Positions 51,666-63,398 of a DNA stretch of 64,000 nt are shown in pieces (positions within the stretch are counted from its first letter, which is position 1; the number at the start of each line of letters is the position of its first letter). Below the pieces are notes generated by a model. That model saw only the letters and a list, made by a program, of their open reading frames with translations, was not told the origin of the DNA and searched no databases. This DNA comes from Callorhinchus milii. Its lineage: Eukaryota. Made by a program: the position numbers and the translations under genes. The stretch covers positions 116,500,001 through 116,564,000 of the forward strand of contig NW_024704742.1 in assembly GCF_018977255.1 (NCBI RefSeq), written 5' to 3'.

Positions 51666-51919
51666 GTAAAAATTGTTTCCTTCCCCTCTTGCAGCACTGT
51701 AATTAAATATCGATAGCTAAATACACATCGTGAGATGTAAATCATTTTAGGTTTCCTGTTTTGTCATAGAATAATTTTTTTACAATACTTATCATGCAGT
51801 AATCTCTTGATTTTTCAATTTAAGTACGGTTCATTTTAACAACCTCTATTTTGAGGAATTGCTCTTTGCATTAATGCAGCCCAAACATTTGGACATTATG
51901 CATTTTTTATGTTTTCAGG

Positions 51920-52240
51920 TGGTGTTGCACATGTAGTCGAATTAATGTTGTGTATCCACACTCATTATTTAGAATCTGGCTCCAATAATATTGCCCACAT
52001 GCTTGTGAGGTTATACAATACATGTTTATGGAGTGCTTTTCACATTGTGAGGATGCCCCGAAGTGCAATTGCAGTCCTTGATCGTTACCTGAGATGGGGT
52101 AAAGGTTGCAGGCTTCTTGCAGTGCTGTGCAATGTAACTGAACTGGCAATGTAGTGTATTTTTATGTAACAATTTGAGACTGACAAGTGAAGAGAAATTC
52201 TGAGAATAGTTCAGAGTCTGGCACAATGTGGCATTAAAGT
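51920..52240 (-). mobile_element. Possible highly decayed Harbinger transposase fragment
   Basis: Across shifting frames: TAIALRG, KHSINM, NIIGARF, in the order of the Harbinger THIALRAP...HSINVQ...ARFPG motifs. Confidence 0.3.
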
Positions 52241-53154
52241 GATAACATAACTCCTGATAGAGGAAATTTCAGAAGAGTTTTCTGCTCACTTATTTTTATT
52301 CTTCCAGAATGCCTTTATCACAGCATCTTGCTGTGTCCAGCATCCTGGAAATAACCACACTTCCTGGCAATCTGTTAGTTATTTCATTACCCTTTGGGTA
52401 CAGAAGTACTTATTGACCTGTGTCCTGAAATTAAGCTTTGCAGCTCTAGTCCAGCGCTGTAGTCAATTTTGTGTGATTATCAACTGTCCTCTTGTTTCCT
52501 TATCCATAATGACTGATCCCAACTGTCTTTATTATAGAACTAAAATGGAAGATGGAATTTAAACTTGCTGAAGTTGTCCTATAATCCTCTATTTATTGGT
52601 TATCTGCTCTTGGAAGTATCATACATTTTTGTTCTTGTAGCACAGTGTTGTCCAATAGAAATCGTTGACTTTATCAACAAAAAGATCAAAAGTATACATG
52701 CATCCACCATGTAAATATGAGTATTGTACTTGCCCAATGATGGTGTCTATTACTCATTTTTTATTTACTAATCAAAAATGCAATTTCACCACATCTAGTT
52801 TCCAAATTTGCCACATGTGGCTAACGTATTGGACAACCCTGTTGTAGTGGGAGGTCTTGTGTAGCATTTCCTGTTACAAAGGTTTCCACTGACTAATTTG
52901 GAAATAAAGGTTTACATTTTACATAAATTGCCAACCAGTTTGGGGACGGAAGTTACAAAGATTTCAAACACAATGAAGGACTAATGGTGGTGATAATGGG
53001 GGTCTTTTGAAGACGTGTTTGAACCTGCACACTTATTATACTGAAATTGCTGCTGTAAAAATCTTCTAAAAATAGCGTTGTCTTTTGATACTTTTTGTGA
53101 CCAGTTTATTTGCCATTCTAAAACAGCGACTGATTCAGTGTATATTACTTGCAG

Positions 53155-53227
53155 TGTCCTGGATATTGTATCTGCCAATAGGAAGGGTTATATGATCTGG
53201 CAAGAGGTTTTTGATAATGGGGTAAAG
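53155..53227 (+). CDS. HEXB: HEXB coding exon 9 (73 bp), ends in phase 0
   Basis: VLDIVSANRKGYMIWQEVFDNGVK; AG/GT bounded. Confidence 0.96.
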
Positions 53228-54552
53228 GTAAGTACATGAAGCATTTGACCTATGCATGGCTGAATCTAGTTTAAAACCACTAAATTCCCAGGTAACGGGC
53301 AATAACTTAATACTGAAGATGCACTGGTGTAATGTTAATCTAGCTATTAATAAACTGCTTAGAACAACTTAAGGTAGCTAGAATTTCAGATGTGCAAACT
53401 CATTTATGATTAGTCTTGCCTGATTTTGATTTATTTCTTAATTTAGACATGCATCACATCTTATTTTACCTTGGGTGTTTTGGATTTTTTTAAAGTGAAA
53501 CTTCTCAAGTCATAAGGATGGTGGTTCCTGTGAATTTGAAACTATAGAGTAATGTCTGGTGACCTTATGATCCAGAAGTGAGCCATTTTTGTAGTTCAAA
53601 GTTTTTTTTTAAGAAAGTAACCGTAGAAATACATTCTTCTCGATTTGGAGAAAATTGGAAAACCTGTTGAATACTGATTTTACCAATTAAAATCAAAAAC
53701 TGGCAAGCCTATTTATAATGTTGACCTAGAAATGTGAGATTTGAAATTGTACAGATAGAATGGGTTGAGTAATGTTTCCTTTTCTGTTCTAAATCTCTTG
53801 GAGACTTCTTTGCTGAACTTTTTATAAAATGTTGCATGCCCTTATGATTTGCATGGTTCCATCAGTAACCTACAGATTTACTTTTTGCTGTCCTGCATTT
53901 ACAATGTCTCAGGGCATCCAGTTTTTCTTTAAAAAAAGCGTTAATAAATGAACTGGTAATTTTATAACTAACTATTTTGCAGAAAATCTTGCAATATGGA
54001 CTTTTCAGTGAAATTAATTTTACAAATGATAAATAAAAAAGCTTTGCTCATTTGATATTTTATAAAGTCAAAATGATCAAAAATGTCAATCTTATAAAAT
54101 ACTACAGATGTTCTGGTTGCTGGCTTTTTAATTTCTTCATCCGGATACTGATCCATATTCCTCATATCCTATAAACGTGGCCCTTTAGGTCATTTTCCTC
54201 CCTTAACTGAATTAAGTCAGTGGTACCCATCTCTCTACGCCCATCAGAGACTCACAGAGGGACCTGTAGTAAAATACAGAATGATGTTGTACCAGAATAG
54301 TCTGTATTCTGTTTACATTTTATCACAGCAATATGAGGTATAATTACTTTAGGACCCGAGTCTTGTGTAGTTTCAGCACATTCTGGAGACACCGATTATT
54401 CTTGGCCGTAAATGGTAATAACACTCAATTCCCTTGTTTTACTTCATTTCGAGCACTGGTGTAACTATTATTGAGTTTGTAGGATCCTGTTACAAAAGGA
54501 CATATATGAATATAGTTCTGTTAACTTTCCTCACAATATCAGAACTTAATTT

Positions 54553-54668
54553 GTGGAGTCTTGTAGCTCAGTGGTTGGAGCACTCACCTTGTAAGTGAGA
54601 GACCTGGGTTTGATTCCTGGCAGGGCAAAACCTATACCAAATGCAAGGTTATTATTTTGTTTATTATT
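54553..54668 (+). mobile_element. Internally deleted tRNA-derived SINE
   Basis: SINE head gtggagtcttgtagctcagtgg joined directly to the aaatgcaagg(tta)n tail. Confidence 0.7.
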
Positions 54669-56343
54669 AATTTGTATTCAGATGTCCTGTCTATTCTACT
54701 ATAATTTGCTTAGTAATTTTACTGCCCCACGTTTTCTACCAGTTTTCTGCAGTTGATTCATTTTGATACTTCTGCAACATACTCATTCATGTTGATGTTA
54801 GAGTTTTTAAAAAAAAAACTATTTTGTATCTAAACCATCAATCTTAACTCAAACTGTAGTTTAAAGTTAGTATTAAATTAATTTATTTGTCTGCAGTTGT
54901 AATATTTGTAAGTAAAAACCATTAAAGTCTGTTTAACCTATTTGCACTGAAATATTAGCTTTACTTGAATCAATCAGTTCAAATCTATTTTTCTTCCAAA
55001 TTTAGTGTATTTAAAAACTCATTACCCTCAGCTATAAATCCCTTCCTGCCTTAGTGACTTTCTCCTACCCCCACTCTTCGGCTCACCCTTCTCCTCAGCC
55101 AACTCGGGCCTCATGCCCATCCCCAGCCCTCTCTGTATTACTGTTGGTAGCTGATCCTTTAGCTACTAGGTTCCCATGGTTGCTGTGGTAGCTTACTGTG
55201 AGCAAATTGGTTGCCACATTCGCCTACAAAATAGTCAATCCACTTTACAATATCTCCTGTAACTCACTTTGAGACATCTCAAAGAGGTTATAAGGTGCTG
55301 TAGCCTTATTACAAAATAATCACCACTTTTTACAGTAAAATCCTATGAAGTGTTCCCCTGACATGAGGCACTATATCAAATATAAGGATTAATATCTGGA
55401 GCACCATGCCTCTACCACTCAAACATGTCCCTTCCTCTTCTTTTCTCAGTGTTCGACCCTATCCTTGTAAAGCTTTTGACGTTTGACTACATGAAAGATT
55501 CTATATAAATTGTTCTTGTGGTGTTGATGTGTTCTATTTATGTACAGCATATTGTTAGATGGCGATAGAAACATTTGTAGAAAGAGATGGAAAATTAGGT
55601 TCAGTGGGATACTGAGGTGAGAGGGACAGATCTTGAGGGCTGGCAAGGTGTTGCTATGGTGATTGTATTACACCTGATGCAGTAGTTTTTTAGTCTGCAC
55701 TGCAGATGATTTGTATTTTGTGTGGTCCAGTTAACCACACTGGTGATTTATCTGTATCAGAAACAGTCCCACTTAGTGTAGATAATTGTCTTGCTGCTGT
55801 ACTAATTGCCTATCAATAAAGCAAAAATTTTTGAGCTTATCATTGGTTCCAAAATAAATCCCAATTTTCACCAATCTCCTTTTTAAAAAAAAAAGCAACA
55901 AAGAATTATTTTTAATTTTTAATACTGCCTTTAATGGTCCTTACTTATAATGAACTGAAATTAAGCTTTCAATCATATCTCTGAAAACAACACAGAATTT
56001 TTGCACAAAAACAAGGAATTTGGCTAGGTATCTGCACAGTTGTCGTCTGAACATTATCCAAGTATTCTGTTCATCCAAAACTCAAACTTTTAATATATTT
56101 CTTGTTTCCATTTAATTCCCTTTTTATATGGTTCTATTTAATCACAGCTTACATTTAAAAACATTCAAACTTTTGGGTCAGATTCATTTGGGAGATTGCA
56201 CAACTAGAGAATTGAGCGATGCTGAGAAATAAAATTAAACAAGTTGTGAAAACTTTTTTTTGTGTGGTTGATTCTGGAACAATTTTGGATGGAGATCATT
56301 TGTAATACTAATTTAAAGAGTTAAATCTAGCTTCTTTTTACAG

Positions 56344-56518
56344 ATTAAACCAGACACCGTAGTTGAAGTGTGGATGGAGAGCAATGTAAAGAGAGAACTA
56401 GCTAAAGTAACGCGAGCTGGGTTCACAACCATCCTGGCAGCACCATGGTATTTAGATTACGTTAGCTATGGACAGGACTGGGTGAAATACTATCAAGTTG
56501 AACCTCTCCATTTCAATG
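56344..56518 (+). CDS. HEXB: HEXB exon 10a (175 bp; beta-type copy of human exon 11)
   Basis: ttttacag acceptor, GTTAGT donor; [59 protein letters not shown]; gives a 564-aa precursor. Confidence 0.95.
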
Positions 56519-58059
56519 GTTAGTTATTTCCTTTATAGAAGTGAGGAATGGTTCTGTAAATGTTGCATTGCATGTTACTATAAACACCTAGGATGCACCT
56601 GGAGTTCATAATGCTCCTATGATCTTAAGGATTTCTGAATAGATCTTTTGAAAGGTAACGTTTAGATGTTCACCAACATAGGATGATCTAGTCCTACAGG
56701 TTTCCATCTATTTTTATATTAAGTTGTACATTTGATCCAGTTCTAGATTGTACTTGCTAAACAATGGGAAGTGACCAAAGGGGTCATTAGTATAGAATAG
56801 TGAAACTTATTGAAATCAATATATTGCAAGTCACAAAATGAGACTACAACTGCCAATAAAACAATATAAACTTTGGAAAACTAAAAAAGTATTCTGAGGA
56901 TAATCTTCCCTCCCCTTTTACTTTAAAATGAATGTATTTTATATAGAAAGTAGGCTACTGTTTGTCCTTCATAATCTGGTTTTGGTGGTACAAGAAATGT
57001 TACCAATTTATCCGTGCAAATTAGACAGTCCAAAGGCCATGCGATGCTTAGACGTGGAGCGATTTTCATTACACGTTTTATAAGATGCAGCATTTTTTGG
57101 GGGGAAAACTCAAATCAAAGGCGAGAACATGTGCAAAGTTTCTACAATGTGAAGTTATCCAATACAATTTTATTGCAGCTGATTTGATGCAGTTTGTGTA
57201 GAATTTTTGAATGCAGGAGTTTCTGCAAAAATCTTCTAAACATTTAGATGTTTAACTTTTATGAAAAGTTAGAAATTTGATGAGTACCACTTTGGTTAGC
57301 TCTAGAATGGATATAGAAACTTGTATGCTCTGAACATAGTCTTTTTGATCTGGCTGCTCAATTAGTTTGTACAGTGAAATTCTACTAATTGAATACTCAA
57401 TTTACCTGAAAATTGTTCATTAAACCGAACAAGTCATATAACCGTAAATAAACCAGTGACCTCTTTGGGGAGGAAGGAGAGGATACCAGTGTTTGCACTG
57501 TACTGTAGAAGGGAGTAATTTGTGACTGAATTTGGATTAATAAACAAATTATCCTGGCAAAAAACAAATTATCCTGGCAATTGACCGACCTATATTCTTA
57601 GATATGGTTTGGGATTTCTAAATTCTATTCAATAAACTAAACTGTTCAGTTGTATGATATTCAATTAACTGAATTTCACTGTGATGTGTAAATATACAAG
57701 TTTTAATTGATTCATTACTTAAATATCCCAGCTGCATCTTTGGTAGGTTTGCAGTCACTAAACTGGTCTTAGTAGCTTCATAATGAAACCTTTGCTTGCT
57801 GTTTACTATCTTTTACTTCTAACTTTTCATGAATGTTTCCAACAATTTTATGTTGAGAGAAAATACAATTGCACAAATAAATGTAAATGGTTTGGTATAT
57901 ATGTAATATAATTTAGAAGCCGGTCATATCCACATTGAGACCTTATGGAAGTCAGAACTGTTGAAGATTTTAGTGGTGCAAGCTGATGTTTGCCCGCTTC
58001 AATAAATATTTTTGATAATTTTTTAAGGTTTCTTTATGTGAATAATTTTTGGTTTGTAG

Positions 58060-58240
58060 TTGAAGTTAGACACCATTGTTCACGTGTGGAAAGGCAACAC
58101 AGCCCAATACCAGAAGGAATTGGCCACTGCAACAGCTGCTGGGTTTCATGTTCTAATTTCCTCTCCGTGGTATCTAAATCGCATCGCATATGGGCAAGAT
58201 TGGCAGCAGATCTACAAAGTGGAACCAAGGAACTTCACTG
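58060..58240 (+). CDS. HEXB: HEXB exon 10b (181 bp; duplicated alternative exon with alpha-type Asn-Arg motif)
   Basis: tttgtag acceptor, GTGTGT donor; LKLDTIVHVWKGNTAQYQKELATATAAGFHVLISSPWYLNRIAYGQDWQQIYKVEPRNFTG; intact, same phases (0/1) as 10a; gives a 566-aa precursor. Confidence 0.9.
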
Positions 58241-60591
58241 GTGTGTCCAAATGGCAACAATTGCAGATTTGCTAGAAAACTGTCCTAAGTAAAAGTTTGA
58301 GTTTAATTGCTGCTTCAAGTAAATCCCTAAACTAAATTAGTTTTTTTTACCAATAAGTGGCTGTTGATTATTTTTGACCAACTACTTTTGTTAAACAAAA
58401 TTTTATGGTTTCAAGTAATCTGGTGCTGTGTAAGAGTACTGAAAACCAAGGCAATTTGAGCGTTAGAAGTAGAACCTATATTATAACCTAATGAGATGTG
58501 TATTTGAACTGAATGTTGACAGTAAGTAGTCATTCATTCCTCGTCCTTCTAAATGAAGATCTCAGGGTGATAGCATTACTAACAAAGTCCATTTTTTGGA
58601 TGAGACATTCTGCCTGTTTTCAAAATATCTCTGGTGGGGGGAAGAAGGTGATAAAGAGGGTTGATAACATTTCTGGTTACATTTCCGGATGCATTTTTGT
58701 CAATTTGAAAAAGAAACCTTTCCTGTTAGTCCAAGAGTTACTAACACTTAAGACTATACAGAAAAGGTAATTTTCTATACAGATTCTCATCGTTGTCAGT
58801 CAGGATTTAGGTGTACAATGGCCTAGTCATCCAAAGGCTTCCTTATTCTCCATAAATAATTGTCATCAAATATTGGATTAAAATATAAATACAAAAGTAG
58901 TCTGGCATATCTGTTGAGCAATGAAGTGACAGTCGCAAGCAAGTTATAATTATAATGGCTTATCAATAACATTCTGCATGATTGCAATTCTGGCTGATCT
59001 TTAGTCAACTTCAGTTATCTTCAACAGTGCTGATGGCTCCATTACTGCTCCTCAGCAAAGCTGAGCTTTTTTTTCCATCGTCCCCACAATGTTTTCTCCC
59101 TTATTTTAACCATGTCCTGATCACCTTTCGCATACCATCACAGTTTTATTCATCTGACTCTCAGCCACATAATCTACAAATTTTAGATTAGCTTTTATGT
59201 ATGATGCTCAATTTTACTTCTGCACCAGCACTCTGATCTCTCCTCACTGGGACCCCTCAATCCTACTTTCTCAAACGTTTTAACTCTGTCTCCATAGCCT
59301 AAGTTCTGTCCCATTCTTATCCAGTTCAGTGAATAGGTTTCAAGATGCTTTTTTTTGTTTGTTTTAAAACAACCCTATTTTCCTCACTCTATCCTAGCCT
59401 TCTCGGACTCATTGGAGGTTAAATCACCACCCTGTATGCTGGTGACATCCCCATTGTAAACCACTTTCATACTTTCAAAAATCTATTTTAAAATGCCCCC
59501 ATCTCATAATTCCTACCACTTTTTGCTCTACAACCATATGCCTCAAAAACATTATTGTGTATTAATGGTGCTAGTGTAATTTGTCTTTATGCATGGATAT
59601 AATCTGAATTAATGTATTCTCTTACATAACATAAGTCACCTATGGATCACATCCATAATAATGTAGGTTCCTGTTGTATTTGTACAATGTGGATGTTTGG
59701 TTATTGCTTTATTTGGAATTGTAATTCTTGTGCCTGATCCATCTCTTGAACTCCATTGTTGAAGAAGCCAGGTGGGAACAATGTACAGGTAACCAATGAG
59801 ATCTTTCAAGTAAATGCTTTGGGAAGTGGAAACCTGCAATCTGGGATGGAAAAACAGTGAATTCAATATTCTGCCAGATTTTGTAAGAACCATAATGTTT
59901 GGGATTCAAACAAAAGCCAGAACTGTCGAATGCTTCCCAACATGTATCCCGAAAGTGCTATATAAATACACATTTGTATTGCTTTTAAAGGTAATTTCTT
60001 TCAAGTGGCTGTTTACATTGATTTATTCTTGAACTATACTTACTGTTACGGTGCAGTTAATTGATTTAAGTAATCCATGCATTAACAATCAATAATTTTT
60101 CCAAATGAAATATAAGCAAGCCATGGTGGAGAATGTCAGTATCATTTTACTGTTCTCGCTTACTTTTGCCATTAGCACAAATATAAATATTGTTAAATAT
60201 TGATCTAAGCTTTCATAATCTAATAGTTTTAAATTCTTCAACCTTGGTATGTGTATAATGTGTTCAGAAATAAGAACATTTAAAACTCAGTGCTGTAGTC
60301 CCCTGGAGTCTATTGCAAGCGTACTAATAGCAAATGTATCTTCACTTCTGAGAGCGAGAGCAATAGTTAAGTGTTGCATCTTACTGCACAAATTAATCAG
60401 ACTAGTGTTTTAACACTAATTTGCTCATCAGTAATGGAAGTTCTGGCACTATCTAAGGACCCACTTAGATATATGGGTTTATCTATGGGTATATGGGTTT
60501 AATTTCCATAGAATGGAAATTTTGAACAAGAAATCAAAGTTGGAGACACTTCTACCATTTCATCCTTTTTTTTCCCCTCCCCCAAATCTAG

Positions 60592-60682
60592 GAACAGCTG
60601 CCCAGAAGAAATTGGTGATTGGTGGAGAGGCTTGCCTCTGGGGAGAATACGTGGATGGAACAAACCTCACACCACGATTATG
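60592..60682 (+). CDS. HEXB: HEXB coding exon 11 (91 bp)
   Basis: [34 protein letters not shown] bounded. Confidence 0.96.
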
Positions 60683-61108
60683 GTTGGCAACCTATTCTAT
60701 TGTTTAATTCAGATTGTGTTGTATCTTTTTTGAATGCTGAAATGTTGCATTTAGTGTATAATGTAATTAAATAGATCTGATCTACTTTTGACTTTATCAC
60801 TGCAGTAGGTAGCTTGGTTTTATTTTTTTTGGCTGTTCATTGCAGAGGCTGTTTCAATGCATTTTGAATTCTGTTTACCTTCCCAAAACTGTTTGTTTTG
60901 GAGAGTATTTCAAACCATTTTGTTTGGAATCCCCAATGTGTGTTTCCTTTGTCCACCACAGGTGGGAACTGGTTAAAAGCATTATACTGATTGTGAACTC
61001 CCTTTAGTTGTGGGCACTAAATAAATGACATGAAGGGTAATTTTTTAAGCTTTTGTGCATTTTCCAAGATACCATGTTTATGAAATGTACTTGTTTTGCT
61101 CCTGGAAG

Positions 61109-61213
61109 GCCTCGCGCGAGTGCTGTTGGTGAACGACTTTGGAGCCAGGAAAACGTAACTGTTCTGGGAGATGCATACAGTAGACTTACTAAACACCGTT
61201 GTCGCATGATCCG
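61109..61213 (+). CDS. HEXB: HEXB coding exon 12 (105 bp)
   Basis: [35 protein letters not shown], beta-type sequence; AG/GT bounded. Confidence 0.96.
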
Positions 61214-61850
61214 GTAAGCAAAGATTTAAATTTTTATATTTACACATATTGTGCCTTTTTTTAATATAACTTCAATTCATAAAATGAAGGCATCACTCAG
61301 TGTAGAGCTCAGCTATGCAAAGCAGAAGATAATTAAATTTTAATCTCTGCTCAGTAACTAGTGCAGTGATAGCAGTGCCACAATTGGGTTCAGCACACCC
61401 AGGGTTAGGAAGTACAAAATCAGAATAGCTTCCATTCCTGGTTTCTAATCCAGACATCTGCTGAATGGTGACAATCAGTTGAAAATAGGATCTGTTTCAG
61501 CTGTGATGTTGGTGTGATGCCATTGTCAACCTGACTTATCAATGGGAAAACAAATAATTTTAAGAGGAAAGGGAGAAAAATACAGTGCATAATTCAGGAG
61601 AGTCCAATGTGAACATTTCTTGACCAGCTCTCTGCAACTTTGACAATCAGTTTGAGTAATAACGATCCAAAAGAAGTAGATTAATGCAAAATGTCTTTTG
61701 TTAAATGGCTTTCCACCAATGCCACCATTGCTGTTTTGAATGTTATAGAGCCTTGATTTTTATTTAAAGCATCTCCATCACATTTAGTTGATCATAATAC
61801 AGCTGGAAGTTGATATATTTTTTAAAAAATCCTTTTTTTCCCATTTTTAG

Positions 61851-61911
61851 ACGAGGGATACCCGCAGAGCCGATGTTTGTTGGCCATTGTGCTTATGAAT
61901 ACAAAGGCTGA
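61851..61911 (+). CDS. HEXB: HEXB last coding exon 13
   Basis: RGIPAEPMFVGHCAYEYKG then TGA; long pyrimidine tract and tag acceptor. Confidence 0.95.
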
Positions 61912-62064
61912 GTGTTTGGAAAATGAAACAAAATAGCAAACTTTGAAATCAGCATTTGAACTGAAGAAAATTGCTGTACGACACTGAAATTATAGAGAAT
62001 GATCATGAGTATTTTTAACCAGAATGAATGTTTGATTTTTTATAAATATTCAAAGGCATTGTAC

Positions 62065-62070
62065 AATAAA
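62065..62070 (+). terminator. HEXB: Probable HEXB polyadenylation signal
   Basis: AATAAA 154 nt after the stop, preceded by TGTA and followed by U/GU-rich sequence. Confidence 0.7.
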
Positions 62071-62231
62071 ATGTTCAATATTTTTGTCCAACTTCAATTG
62101 TTTTGTGCCATTGTCTTTAAAACTCAAGTATTATCTATTCTGATCCTCATTTCTTGTTATCTGAAGTGCTGCTCTTCAACCGATATAACAGATTATCTTT
62201 AGTGTGTTTTGTCATTGTTGATGGAAGGGAT

Positions 62232-62420
62232 ACAACAACAACACCTTGCATTTATACGACACCGCACACGCAGGGCAGAATCCTAGAGCGCTTGACAGTG
62301 GCGGAGCACGACGCCGAGGCGGGGGGAGGTGACTGTAGGTAAGGTCAAATTGGAAGGTCTTAAGGCGCAACCTGAAGATGGGGAAGTAAGGGGCAAGGTG
62401 GAGGGATAGGGGAAGAGTAT
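62232..62420 (-). mobile_element. Short L2 3' end fragment
   Basis: (caa)n tail and similarity to the L2-type tail at 42900-43057. Confidence 0.6.
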
Positions 62421-63109
62421 TCCAATGTCAACATATACAAGTTTTTACTTGGTGCTTTTCCACTGTTATCTATTTCAGCAGCAGTACTTACCATTTTGAA
62501 ATTGACGTTAAATGTTTGATTATTCACTTTTTTAAAAAAATCTGAACAATCTGGCAAGGAATCTCAAAGCACAAATTTCTACCGAATTGTTGCCATGCAC
62601 TGTCTGCCAATTCTGTGTTTTTCTGCCAAAAATGTTCTGGTATCCAGTATAACTTGGCCAAGTAGTCTACCGCAAAAGAAAAACAGATTCATCAAGTCGA
62701 TCATGAGGTGCCTCATTAATTGTGCTTGGTGCTCTTGCCAGTTTAGAGACCTCAATTTCTGCTGTGGTGAGCAGTCAAAATTTTGACTTACAAATGTGGG
62801 ATGTTGTTTGCAAATATTTTTTGCAAGCCTGTTATATTTTAACACTGGTTTCCAACATTTTTTAAAAATCATTGGAACTAATGAGCTTTGCAATTGATGG
62901 CTTTCTGTATCTCAAACAAGAGCATATATTTTTACCTTGCCTATAATCTTTTTGGAATGTAGTCCAGTTTGGTGGTTTACATAATTGCCATAAGGTAATT
63001 GATGTATTAGTATTTAATATAGCCAGTGCCTTGGGAGTGCTTCAGTTTTTTCTGTAAAGTGTACTGACTATTTACAGGCAAACCAATGTCCCACAACTGC
63101 CATGAAGTC

Positions 63110-63398
63110 AAACCTTAGGCAAGTTTCCTTACTCCAGACACCTTACCCAGCAGTAAGTAGGAACCCAGTTGTAAGTTGATTGGTGGATTTCTTTCTGGGG
63201 ATAATAATCCTTAATAAAAAAATTTAAAAAATTGAGTGGCTACTCAATCCACGACTTTGTCGGACACTGCCATGGGATATTGACTGCCACATTTTGCACA
63301 CAATTCACTTTACAGTATATGCTGTGAAGCACTGAGACATCTTGAAGATGTGATAAGGTGCTATATTAAATGCAAAAATATCAAATGCAAGGATTACT
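63110..63398 (+). mobile_element. 5'-truncated SINE
   Basis: aagtttccttactcc...cccagcagtaagtagg...aaatgcaaggatta, like 34150-34437. Confidence 0.7.

Noticed and set aside
58060..58240. Exon 10b as an assembly duplication or allelic artefact
   Set aside because: It differs extensively from 10a in DNA, length and flanking introns, so it is not a duplicated haplotype.
57990..58292. 100-aa overlapping ORF across exon 10b as a dual-coding frame
   Set aside because: It is the shifted frame of 10b with no homology; it is read only in the double-inclusion product predicted to undergo NMD.
43373..61911. Calling the gene HEXA
   Set aside because: [28 protein letters not shown] and HRCRM are beta-type, exon 10a has the HEXB size, and ENC1 adjacency is the HEXB locus.
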